A stretch of DNA of 64,000 nt, from positions 19,713-83,712 of the IMG/VR virus record IMGVR_UViG_3300020050_014713; one strand, 5' to 3'. The stretch is from a virus (taxonomy: Duplodnaviria; Caudoviricetes). Positions 16,473 through 24,493 of the stretch are shown piece by piece; position 1 is the stretch's first letter, and each line of letters begins with the position of its first letter. The notes below the pieces were generated by a model, which was not told the origin of the DNA, searched no databases, and saw only the letters and a program-made list of their open reading frames with translations. The position numbers and the translations under genes were made by a program.

Positions 16473-16999
16473 AAGACCCTCATTATTTTTTCAAGTGTAT
16501 TTTCATCATTTTCAATAACCGTAAAATCTACTCCACAGGCTTGTAACTGCTTGGTAATGAAACCGTCTAGAGCATTAGCAGCATCCTCAGTTTCGTATCT
16601 ACCTACTTGAACATACGGTACAGTACGTTTAAGCATAAAATTTTTGTAGGTAACTCCGTTATTGGAGGCTTGGCGCATAATTGTACGAGCAATGTCAGTA
16701 GTGCTTTGGTTGTTATTGTAGTGGTTATGGTAGATAGCCGGGAGCAGGAGTGGGCAATCCGTAATTAGGTAGTCAGTAGTGTTGTATAGCTCGTACTCGG
16801 AAACTGCTTGCTTGGAAAATATCTTAATTTGATCAAACATTTGGATGGGCTTACCCATTCTTGCCATACGTTTTACGTATTCAGTAATTAGTTCGCAGTC
16901 TTTATTGGCAAGTTTTAAACGATAGAAAAGACCTGCGGCAGTAGTACTTTTGCCACTTGCTGGTGCCCCAAAGAGGTTAATTACACAAGTTCTATTCAT
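16469..16999 (-). CDS. P-loop nucleotide kinase (NadR/Ttd14-like AAA_28 family)
   Basis: VINLFGAPASGKST Walker A, ELITEY, ITDCPL, R-x-E lid; start re-called to MNRTC. Confidence 0.75.
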   Translation of the reverse strand: MNRTCVINLFGAPASGKSTTAAGLFYRLKLANKDCELITEYVKRMARMGKPIQMFDQIKIFSKQAVSEYELYNTTDYLITDCPLLLPAIYHNHYNNNQSTTDIARTIMRQASNNGVTYKNFMLKRTVPYVQVGRYETEDAANALDGFITKQLQACGVDFTVIENDENTLEKIMRVL

Positions 17000-17231
17000 C
17001 CCACTCTTCCTCTTCCTCAGGTTCCTCATAACTAGTATAATGCTCAAAATCTTCGTAGTCAATCTGATTTTCATCTAAAGATGGAGCGTATCTAACTTGG
17101 TTATTTTTACGCACATTAAAATCAAAGGATTTACAGCAAGTTCCGCAGAATAGTCGCTCGTTCTTTTCTGCCCATTCCTGGTCAACCTCTACCTCACTGT
17201 TACAAAAAGGGCAATAGGTTACGCTACTCAT
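16992..17231 (-). CDS. Zinc-ribbon protein with acidic tail
   Basis: CPFC...CGTC; Glu-rich C-terminus. Confidence 0.65.
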   Translation of the reverse strand: MSSVTYCPFCNSEVEVDQEWAEKNERLFCGTCCKSFDFNVRKNNQVRYAPSLDENQIDYEDFEHYTSYEEPEEEEEWDE

Positions 17232-17457
17232 CTTCAGGTTCCCAGTAAGAAAAAATCTCTACTTCTCGTCCTTGATGTTCTTTTTTGTTTTTATCATATT
17301 TTTTCCCACTTGCCATCAGCCCGGCATAGCACGGAGGTTTCATTCCAAGTTTTTGTAAAATATCAATTGTTTCCTCGGCTTGTTCTTTAGTAACCAAGGA
17401 GGAACTTTTTGCAAGAAGGGTTTTAATGGCGTCACTCTTTTTCATTATGCGCCTCAA
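17224..17457 (-). CDS. Hypothetical protein
   Basis: Packed ORF. Confidence 0.6.
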   Translation of the reverse strand: MRRIMKKSDAIKTLLAKSSSLVTKEQAEETIDILQKLGMKPPCYAGLMASGKKYDKNKKEHQGREVEIFSYWEPEDE

Positions 17458-17720
17458 GTTTAGCTAATTTTGCTTGTGCAGATTCAATGGCTGCTCTAAG
17501 TCTAGCAATTTCTCGTTTCTTAGAAGATTTTATTTCTATAGGTCCTGCAGGAAGGTTTAAAATACATGTATCTCCAGGATTGCCATAGATACTTACTGCC
17601 TCGGAAAGTAATAATTGGTAGATATTTTCAGAAAATGTAATACTATCAATTTCACCACTATATTTACCAATTTCATTGGAAAATTCTGCAAGTATATTTA
17701 ATATTGTATTATTTGACATA
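17432..17720 (-). CDS. Hypothetical protein (start probably MSNNTIL)
   Basis: GGAG RBS before the re-called start. Confidence 0.55.
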
Positions 17721-18341
17721 TGTAAACTCCATAGGTTTATTGGTTGCAAAATATTTTTCATTGCAAACACTTGAGTTTATAATAGTAGTCCAATTGTGAT
17801 CAATCTGACCATAAGACCCGTGAATGTGCCCACAGACGGCATACTTAGGCTTTACTTCATCTATATATTTTCTAATATATCTACAACCAACATGAGTTCC
17901 ATCTTCTAGTTTATCTAGTAAACCATATGCTGGACAGTGTGTAACCAGCACGTCGCAATCTGGGGCACTATCCCAAAAATTAGCCCTGCGTCCATCAACT
18001 TCATTAAAATACCAATTGCCAAAAACAGGCTGGATTGCTGATCCAAAAAATCTAATGCCTTCAAATTCAATTAGCTCATTATGCAACAGAGTCCAGCCAT
18101 ATTGCTCTGCGATTTGTTTTGCAAATCCAGGGCTTTCTTGAAATAATCCATCGTGGTTTCCTGGTGTTATAAATTTCTTACGAAAATTAGTTCCAGCTAG
18201 ACCTAGCTTAAGTGTTTCAAACGCTTCAACAATTTCATGAAAATTTCCACGAAAAGCTAAATCGCCGGAATGTATAACAATATCTCCATCTGGAATTATA
18301 ACGTATCGTAGGTGCGTGTCGCTCAAAGTTACAATTTGCAT
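17709..18341 (-). CDS. Calcineurin-like metallophosphoesterase (MPPED/239FB-like)
   Basis: SDTH, HSGD, PGNHD, VTHCP, CGHIH motifs. Confidence 0.9.
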   Translation of the reverse strand: MQIVTLSDTHLRYVIIPDGDIVIHSGDLAFRGNFHEIVEAFETLKLGLAGTNFRKKFITPGNHDGLFQESPGFAKQIAEQYGWTLLHNELIEFEGIRFFGSAIQPVFGNWYFNEVDGRRANFWDSAPDCDVLVTHCPAYGLLDKLEDGTHVGCRYIRKYIDEVKPKYAVCGHIHGSYGQIDHNWTTIINSSVCNEKYFATNKPMEFTYVK

Positions 18342-18342
18342 A

Positions 18343-19404
18343 TTATTTATCCAATAGAGTTTTGTTCTCTTCCCGTCCTGCTGCTGTAATTTTAACCCAC
18401 TTAGCTTTATTTTGCAACTCTCTAATGTTCCTAGCCCCGCTGTAGCTTAGCCCAGAACGTAAGCCGCCAATAATGTCTTGCATAATAGCATCTGAGGCAG
18501 CTTTGTCTTTGTAAGGAACCATAGTTGAAATTCCTTCTGCTGTTTTCTGACTTCCACCTTTACCGTGGTCTTGATATACTTCGGCACTAGCCATTCCCCT
18601 ATAGATTTTATGCAGTGGTAAGCAATTAGGATGTAGATTATCGTAATCTTTTAAATCTCTAAGTTTTTGCTCATCAAGTCCTCTTACCTCTCCGGGAGTG
18701 TGATATGTTCCGGACAACATAGAACCGACCATGACATAGTCACAGCCTGCTGCAAAAGCCTTAACAATGTCTGCCGGTTTCTTCAATCCGCCATCAGCCA
18801 CGCAACTATTATTAGGAACTGCGCTGGAACATTCAAAAATTGCTTCTAATTGAGGATACCCATGCCCTGTTTTAGACCTTGTAGAACAAGCCGCCCCACT
18901 CCCAATACCAATTTTTACAATGTCTGCACCAGAATCTACTAGAAACTTAGCGCCGTCTGCACTTGCTACGTTTCCGGCAATAACTGTAAGATGCGGGTAG
19001 AAGGACTTTACAAACTGCAAAGTCTTTCCCATTTGCTTACAATGTCCATGCGCTACATCTACCACAATAGTTTTAACACCAGCTTCTACTAGGAATTCAA
19101 GCCTAATTTCATCATTAAATCCAATACTAGCAATAGTATTTTCGGGGCACTTCTGGAAAATCTTAACGTTTTCTTGTGGCGTCATGAACCTATGCATACT
19201 GGCAGCAGCGCCGTAAGTGTTTAACCAATGGGCTAAATCGGGTGAAAAAATAGTATCCATATTTGCGGAAATAATTGGCAAGTCTAATTTAAATTTACCG
19301 CACTTACTCGTAGAGCTAGTATCTACATCTGCTCTAGAAGCAATATCTGAGTATTGAGGCTGTAGCAATACGTCGTCAAAGGTAAGCGCAGTCTTAATTT
19401 CCAC
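18343..19404 (-). CDS. IMP dehydrogenase / GMP reductase family (no CBS domains)
   Basis: LTFDDVLL, ISANMDT, VDVAHGH, AGNV, KIGIGSGAACSTR catalytic loop, YRGMAS, GGLRSGLSYSGA. Confidence 0.92.
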   Translation of the reverse strand: MEIKTALTFDDVLLQPQYSDIASRADVDTSSTSKCGKFKLDLPIISANMDTIFSPDLAHWLNTYGAAASMHRFMTPQENVKIFQKCPENTIASIGFNDEIRLEFLVEAGVKTIVVDVAHGHCKQMGKTLQFVKSFYPHLTVIAGNVASADGAKFLVDSGADIVKIGIGSGAACSTRSKTGHGYPQLEAIFECSSAVPNNSCVADGGLKKPADIVKAFAAGCDYVMVGSMLSGTYHTPGEVRGLDEQKLRDLKDYDNLHPNCLPLHKIYRGMASAEVYQDHGKGGSQKTAEGISTMVPYKDKAASDAIMQDIIGGLRSGLSYSGARNIRELQNKAKWVKITAAGREENKTLLDK

Positions 19405-19664
19405 TATAGTTCTCCAATGTATACACAGTTTTCTTCGTAGTAGGATGAATTAGAACGCTCTAGCATATCTTCAGATACACCTCCACCAAAATTAGCCTCG
19501 ATCTTAATATACCTATATCTGACGGCGGTTCCAGATTCTCGACACAAAAGAGTTGTTACAATGTACATCTGATGGAATAATGTGTCATAGTATACTTTCT
19601 CGGTTTTATATAAGATATCTTTCATTTGTAGCCTTTTGTATAAGGGCACCAGGATTTGCCGCAA
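19404..19664 (-). CDS. Hypothetical protein (start probably later)
   Basis: Packed ORF. Confidence 0.5.
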   Translation of the reverse strand: MRQILVPLYKRLQMKDILYKTEKVYYDTLFHQMYIVTTLLCRESGTAVRYRYIKIEANFGGGVSEDMLERSNSSYYEENCVYIGEL

Positions 19665-19936
19665 GGATTATCTCCGCAAAATTCACAAGCACTCTCTTTT
19701 TTAGTAGATTTAATCCTTACGCTATCTGGTACTAAAGCAAGGGCGCACCACTCTTCGGGATTTTCTGGACAAAACTCACAGGCGGCGGTGCATCGATATT
19801 TAGACTGTATTTTTTCAATAGATATTGAACCTGCTGGGTGCCTAAGTTGATATTTAATAAATTCTTCGCATTCACGTTCATGTTGTTCTTCTGAGTCGCA
19901 TCCATCTAATGCAATGTCAACAATAAATTTAGGCAT
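19622..19936 (-). CDS. Cys-rich protein with duplicated ACEFC-xxNP motif
   Basis: ACEFCPENP and ACEFCGDNP. Confidence 0.65.
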   Translation of the reverse strand: MPKFIVDIALDGCDSEEQHERECEEFIKYQLRHPAGSISIEKIQSKYRCTAACEFCPENPEEWCALALVPDSVRIKSTKKESACEFCGDNPCGKSWCPYTKGYK

Positions 19937-19956
19937 ACTACCTTTAGGTATAAAAT

Positions 19957-20163
19957 TTAAGTATCTAAGTTATTGTCTAAAAATTCTTTAAATTTATCTA
20001 ATATAAAATTTCTACACTCCAATATTGAGTCAAAAGATACTGGGTTTCTGTTAATATCTATATAATTAATCCAGTCTTTGTGCATAGTTTTCATCTGAGG
20101 ATAAAATTTACCTTGACGCTTTCTAATCTTAAATTTAAAATTCATTTCAAACTTTTTGTTCAA
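19957..20163 (-). CDS. Hypothetical protein
   Basis: Packed ORF. Confidence 0.5.
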   Translation of the reverse strand: MNKKFEMNFKFKIRKRQGKFYPQMKTMHKDWINYIDINRNPVSFDSILECRNFILDKFKEFLDNNLDT

Positions 20164-20533
20164 TGGTTTTTGGAACCGCTAACTGAAATACAAGCTTACC
20201 ACGTTTTTCAAACTCTCGTATAACATGCTTGCTACCATTAGAACCATTGTGAATTACCAATAATACATCTGAATATTCTGCAATGGTTTCATTACGTTTT
20301 AACGGAGCAACATTACCTGGAAACTTATCATACTCTGGCTTAAACTCTGTAAATTTATAACGATACTTTGTTGCAAAGTTCCTAGCAGCAGTATCAATGC
20401 CCTCTGCCCCTCCAGAAACAAATTCCCAATCTTTAACTTGAGCATTAGTAAAGGTATTTACAATGTGAATAAGAGCTAGTACATCGTCTGCAAATAGTTT
20501 AATTTTACGGCTGCCACAAATAGCAAATTTCAT
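20147..20533 (-). CDS. SLOG-superfamily protein (YspA/DUF2493-like)
   Basis: ICGSR, VSGGAEGID, LKRNETIAEYSD, GSNGS. Confidence 0.8.
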   Translation of the reverse strand: MKFAICGSRKIKLFADDVLALIHIVNTFTNAQVKDWEFVSGGAEGIDTAARNFATKYRYKFTEFKPEYDKFPGNVAPLKRNETIAEYSDVLLVIHNGSNGSKHVIREFEKRGKLVFQLAVPKTIEQKV

Positions 20534-20886
20534 AGAAACATTCCTTTTACGCCTGCTTCAGTGGTGTAGTAGACCTTTTTTATTCCCGCTTCTACCAACA
20601 TCGAATGGCAGTATTGGCAGGGTTTAGCCATAGCCATATTCCCGTTACGGTCCTCGCGATAAACATATATCGTACAGCCTTTCAAACTTTGTCTAGCAGA
20701 AATAACAGAAACCATTTCGCTATGTAAGCATTTATATGGACTAGTGGATCTACTGTGCGTCTTAAGCTTATTGTAACCTTTAGAAATTTCAGTAGATTTT
20801 CGAACAATTACGCTGCCTACTCGGGCTTTATGATGGCTAGATTTTAGAGATTCTTTCCTAGCACGCTCGAAAAACTTAAACTTCAT
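20530..20886 (-). CDS. Cytidine/dCMP deaminase-fold protein
   Basis: VGSVI, GYN, HSE and PCQYC zinc motifs. Confidence 0.85.
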   Translation of the reverse strand: MKFKFFERARKESLKSSHHKARVGSVIVRKSTEISKGYNKLKTHSRSTSPYKCLHSEMVSVISARQSLKGCTIYVYREDRNGNMAMAKPCQYCHSMLVEAGIKKVYYTTEAGVKGMFL

Positions 20887-21013
20887 ATTTTCCCCGCCAT
20901 CCTGGCAAGAATACCTATAGTTACAATCTCACATAGCAGACCTACAGGATATGCCACTGCAATAAATATACGGTTCTTACTACGCAGTGCAAAATAAAAT
21001 AACAGAGTTCCCA

Positions 21014-21232
21014 TTAATTTGGTCCCCTAAGCAAAACTTGACATTGCCCAAACAAATACTGAAATTGCTCTTTAAGTTCTTTTTCGTTTTGTTTTTCAAT
21101 AAAACAGGTATTTAATAATACTTGGTGTTTGTTATTTAAAATATTATCTTTAAATCCAAGCTTATATCCCCAAGCTCCAATAATTACATGACTTAAAAAT
21201 AAAGAGATGGTGGCAATCAATACAAATTTCAT
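21014..21232 (-). CDS. Small membrane/secreted protein
   Basis: N-terminal hydrophobic helix. Confidence 0.55.
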   Translation of the reverse strand: MKFVLIATISLFLSHVIIGAWGYKLGFKDNILNNKHQVLLNTCFIEKQNEKELKEQFQYLFGQCQVLLRGPN

Positions 21233-21693
21233 GCATTTCCTAGGTCAGCTTTACATTCTGGACATACCCAAAAACTAAGGGATTTTGATAAGTGGTTTTT
21301 ATATTTCTTAGGATGCATACATCCAAGTTCTTTTGCTTTAATAGTACGGTTAAACATCGTGATAGCAGCACCAGGAACATTGTAACTAAGCCTACTAAGA
21401 TGTGTATTATCGTACATAAATTCAAATAAGGCATCGCTATCGTTTCCCCAAAGAGACAAGTCTTCTAGTAGGTATTCGAATAGCTGGTTAATGGGCTTTT
21501 CTACACTATTGTGCTCATCGCTAAAGTATGCCCATGGGATTTCTTTATACCCTTCAATCCAGCCGCTATTTCCGTTTATTGAACACCAGCTAATGTACTC
21601 TTCTTCGTCGGATATTAGCGTATGGGAAATAGACCCATAGGCTATGTCTTTTGACCTAAGAATAATTGGGTATTTTTTAAAGCTGTTGCTCAT
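21229..21693 (-). CDS. Hypothetical protein with C-terminal CxH...CxxC zinc motif
   Basis: CMHP...WVCPECK. Confidence 0.65.
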   Translation of the reverse strand: MSNSFKKYPIILRSKDIAYGSISHTLISDEEEYISWCSINGNSGWIEGYKEIPWAYFSDEHNSVEKPINQLFEYLLEDLSLWGNDSDALFEFMYDNTHLSRLSYNVPGAAITMFNRTIKAKELGCMHPKKYKNHLSKSLSFWVCPECKADLGNA

Positions 21694-22003
21694 TATTTAT
21701 ACTTTTTAATTTGTTAATAAAAGCAATAAATTGATAGGATGGCAAAATATCGTTTTTTTTATGGTTACATCTGTTACAACAAAGTACTAAATTTTCCAGT
21801 TTATTAGAACCGCCCTTAGAAAGAGGCACTACATGGTCGATTGTCATTGTAAGGTCACATCTATCAGTATGTCCTGGTTTTTGCTGAATCATTTCTACGT
21901 TGCAATAGAAACACAACTTACCAAATTTACTAAGAAGCGACCGGACCTTCCTACGCTTTTCTTTTGCGCCTAGTTTGCTTGCTTTTTTTGGCAGATTTGA
22001 CAT
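21677..22003 (-). CDS. HNH endonuclease
   Basis: CFYC...TIDHVVPLSKGGSN...NLVLCCNRCNHKK. Confidence 0.92.
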   Translation of the reverse strand: MSNLPKKASKLGAKEKRRKVRSLLSKFGKLCFYCNVEMIQQKPGHTDRCDLTMTIDHVVPLSKGGSNKLENLVLCCNRCNHKKNDILPSYQFIAFINKLKSINNEQQL

Positions 22004-22088
22004 ACGCTAAAATTCCTCCGCACTCATCATCTCCACACATAGCATACCACACATATATATATGCTTTCCAAATTTCTTAAAAGAAACA

Positions 22089-22385
22089 TTATCCCAGTTT
22101 ATTCTTTTTAATCCTATTAGTTTTTGTAACTTTTCTTTTTGTTTTTTTGTTACTATTTTCATTTTTCAAATACTTTAGAATGTTTTCTAGTTTTCCATCG
22201 TTATCTGGATGGGACAATAGATAGGGGATATTTACTCCGTATGCTATGCACGCAGCGTACAAGTCTCCAAGAGCTTCTCGCAACTCTTGGTTTTCAATAA
22301 CTATTGACTCAATCGTTACTTTATTCTTTTGTGGTTTTGCTATCATATTCTTTTTTCTCAGTAAGTAAGTGAGATAGCATTTCAA
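22089..22385 (-). CDS. Hypothetical protein (start probably MIAKP)
   Basis: Packed ORF. Confidence 0.55.
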   Translation of the reverse strand: MKCYLTYLLRKKNMIAKPQKNKVTIESIVIENQELREALGDLYAACIAYGVNIPYLLSHPDNDGKLENILKYLKNENSNKKTKRKVTKTNRIKKNKLG

Positions 22386-22572
22386 AATGAGGGTTAGTAG
22401 GTTTTATCAGTAGGCTAAGGGATTTAAAGATCAATTTTACATCTTCAAGGGTTTGAACCTTATCTGCGTCTACTACATAGATTGTATTGACAGCAGCGTG
22501 CCTCCTAGCTTCCTGAACAATTTCACTAATTGGCTTACTCTTGTCCTGACTCATCTTCCCCTCCTGCAGCAT
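22321..22572 (-). CDS. Hypothetical protein
   Basis: Packed ORF. Confidence 0.6.
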   Translation of the reverse strand: MLQEGKMSQDKSKPISEIVQEARRHAAVNTIYVVDADKVQTLEDVKLIFKSLSLLIKPTNPHFEMLSHLLTEKKEYDSKTTKE

Positions 22573-22888
22573 TTCCTAGAATATCGATTAGGTCCTGTTG
22601 GCATTGAAGCCTATCAGCCTCTTGCTCATATTGATTACAAAACTCTGTAATGCTTTCCAAGTCTAGCTCTACTTTAAGCTTGTAGTAGTCTAAATAATCT
22701 TGAAAACACTGCTCTTCGGCAATAGCATCTTCCGGATATCTGTTGGCACAAAATTGTCCGGCAGCTTCTAGGTCCGGTCCAAGTGTTACTTTAGTTTCAG
22801 GTCCTTCCTTAGGAAGCTTAACCTTAAAATCCATACCACAACCTACTAAAAACACGAGGCTACTTAAGAATAAAATTGTCTGTTTCAC
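22535..22888 (-). CDS. Putative lipoprotein
   Basis: Lipobox LVG-C after hydrophobic signal; paired Cys in mature part. Confidence 0.7.
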   Translation of the reverse strand: MKQTILFLSSLVFLVGCGMDFKVKLPKEGPETKVTLGPDLEAAGQFCANRYPEDAIAEEQCFQDYLDYYKLKVELDLESITEFCNQYEQEADRLQCQQDLIDILGNAAGGEDESGQE

Positions 22889-23639
22889 TAAATACCTGCC
22901 TGACAGGGTGATCTTGTTCTGGAAAATAATTGTTGACTATGTGAGCAATGTATCGTTTTCCATACTTACGCTCAAGAATATAATCGCATATTTTAGCACC
23001 TAAGCCAAATATAAAGTTTTCTTTTTTCAAAGTGTAAAATTTAAAGGCAGCTAGATGGGTACCGTCGTTTTGTAAATGCCTTAGAGTAAATTCCTTGCCG
23101 TCCTTCCTACGGTAGGTTTCAGCATACCCGGCAAAAATAGGTTCTGTTTTAATTTTTACTGGAAACTGCAGTACGTTATCTAAACGCTCGTACCAAATAG
23201 GTCTTGTTTTAACCCCTTTATAAGCCGAATAGAGGCTTTGTAACGTAGGTAGTAGGGTGATGGGGGTTAGAAGCCATTTAAGGGGTTTTGGGGCTAATAG
23301 ATAGGCATAGAGGGCAGTATCCCAGGGTCGGAACAAGCCGGTATTCCATATTAGTGGTAGGAATTTAATCTTTTTCCTATAGTATGGCATATCAAACTGG
23401 TAAGTGGCTAGTATTAGATAGGTGCTGTTGTCATGGCTAGCTTTTGGAATATATAAGCCATAAATATCCTGGTTTGCTCCAATGTGAGTAAATAGATTAG
23501 TTTTTGCAAACCTAAGAGAATTGTCTGTTACCTTCTCACCAATGGCATATTGAGTAGTGTAGATAATGTTATTAAAGCTTTCTACGTTACGCTGAGGCTT
23601 TAAACCCATTGTGCTGTCAAAAAATGCCATTTCTATCAT
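22860..23639 (-). CDS. Hypothetical protein (259 aa)
   Basis: Long ORF, no family recognised. Confidence 0.75.
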   Translation of the reverse strand: MIEMAFFDSTMGLKPQRNVESFNNIIYTTQYAIGEKVTDNSLRFAKTNLFTHIGANQDIYGLYIPKASHDNSTYLILATYQFDMPYYRKKIKFLPLIWNTGLFRPWDTALYAYLLAPKPLKWLLTPITLLPTLQSLYSAYKGVKTRPIWYERLDNVLQFPVKIKTEPIFAGYAETYRRKDGKEFTLRHLQNDGTHLAAFKFYTLKKENFIFGLGAKICDYILERKYGKRYIAHIVNNYFPEQDHPVRQVFSETDNFILK

Positions 23640-23640
23640 A

Positions 23641-24021
23641 TTATACCGATTGTGTTTTAGAATCTGAGAATTGTTTTAGATTTAGTTCGCCGTCACGCAG
23701 CCTTCTACTAGTAATAAACTTAACCAAGGAATTTTCTACAGAAGCAATAAACTCATAGTCTCCAATAACGCACAAGTATTTGTTATTGGTTAGATGTTCA
23801 AATACAGTTTCTTTAATACGCCCAGTTGCAATGTAGCGTCCAATAGCTCGGTTAAAATTGTCATGGGTGTGACAAAAGGCTACTCCAAGTTTAATAACAC
23901 AAAAACTACCGCTTTTATCAAATTCAACAGGCTGTGTTTTATCAAATACATAAGTTGCACCTCCGCTATTATGAGGAAGTCCATTCTTAAATAGTCGGTC
24001 GTGAACAATGGTTAGTTTCAT
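23641..24021 (-). CDS. Hypothetical phage protein
   Basis: AFCHTHDNFNRAIGR motif seen in small phage proteins. Confidence 0.7.
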   Translation of the reverse strand: MKLTIVHDRLFKNGLPHNSGGATYVFDKTQPVEFDKSGSFCVIKLGVAFCHTHDNFNRAIGRYIATGRIKETVFEHLTNNKYLCVIGDYEFIASVENSLVKFITSRRLRDGELNLKQFSDSKTQSV

Positions 24022-24491
24022 TATTTTTCCTTTAGAATGTAAACGTAAATATCGGTATCCACAAATACTTTGTTAACGATATTTTCTATGATATCCCAGT
24101 CTCCACCACCTAGACCGCTACCAATCTTTGGAATTCCAATTTTACGTTTTCCAAATTCACTTTTTAGTGACTTCATCCCTTTTTCAATTGCTTCGTAGGA
24201 ACAGTAGATTTTACCGTCAGTTCCGTAATCTTCTTGAGTAAACATATTTACAACTATGCCATCTTTAGTATCAACGCTAAGTATCTTGCCAAGTAGGTTA
24301 TCGGGTGGAAGGAAGGCATTGTGTACGCTTACGTATTCTCGGTAGCTGTCTCTTACTATTGCATAGCGGCGTGCAATCTGTTTAGCAATGCCACTTCCAA
24401 AGCCATTTACACAGTTGCATCCATGCGCAATTACATCTACGTCTTTATTTTTTAGAGCGTCTAAAAGATTACCTTCTACATACTTAATCAT
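24021..24491 (-). CDS. Macro-domain protein (ADP-ribose binding/hydrolase)
   Basis: YVEGNLL, IAHGCNC...GSGIA, NMFTQ, IPKIGSGLGGGDW; start re-called to MIKYVEG. Confidence 0.9.
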   Translation of the reverse strand: MIKYVEGNLLDALKNKDVDVIAHGCNCVNGFGSGIAKQIARRYAIVRDSYREYVSVHNAFLPPDNLLGKILSVDTKDGIVVNMFTQEDYGTDGKIYCSYEAIEKGMKSLKSEFGKRKIGIPKIGSGLGGGDWDIIENIVNKVFVDTDIYVYILKEK

Positions 24492-24493
24492 AA

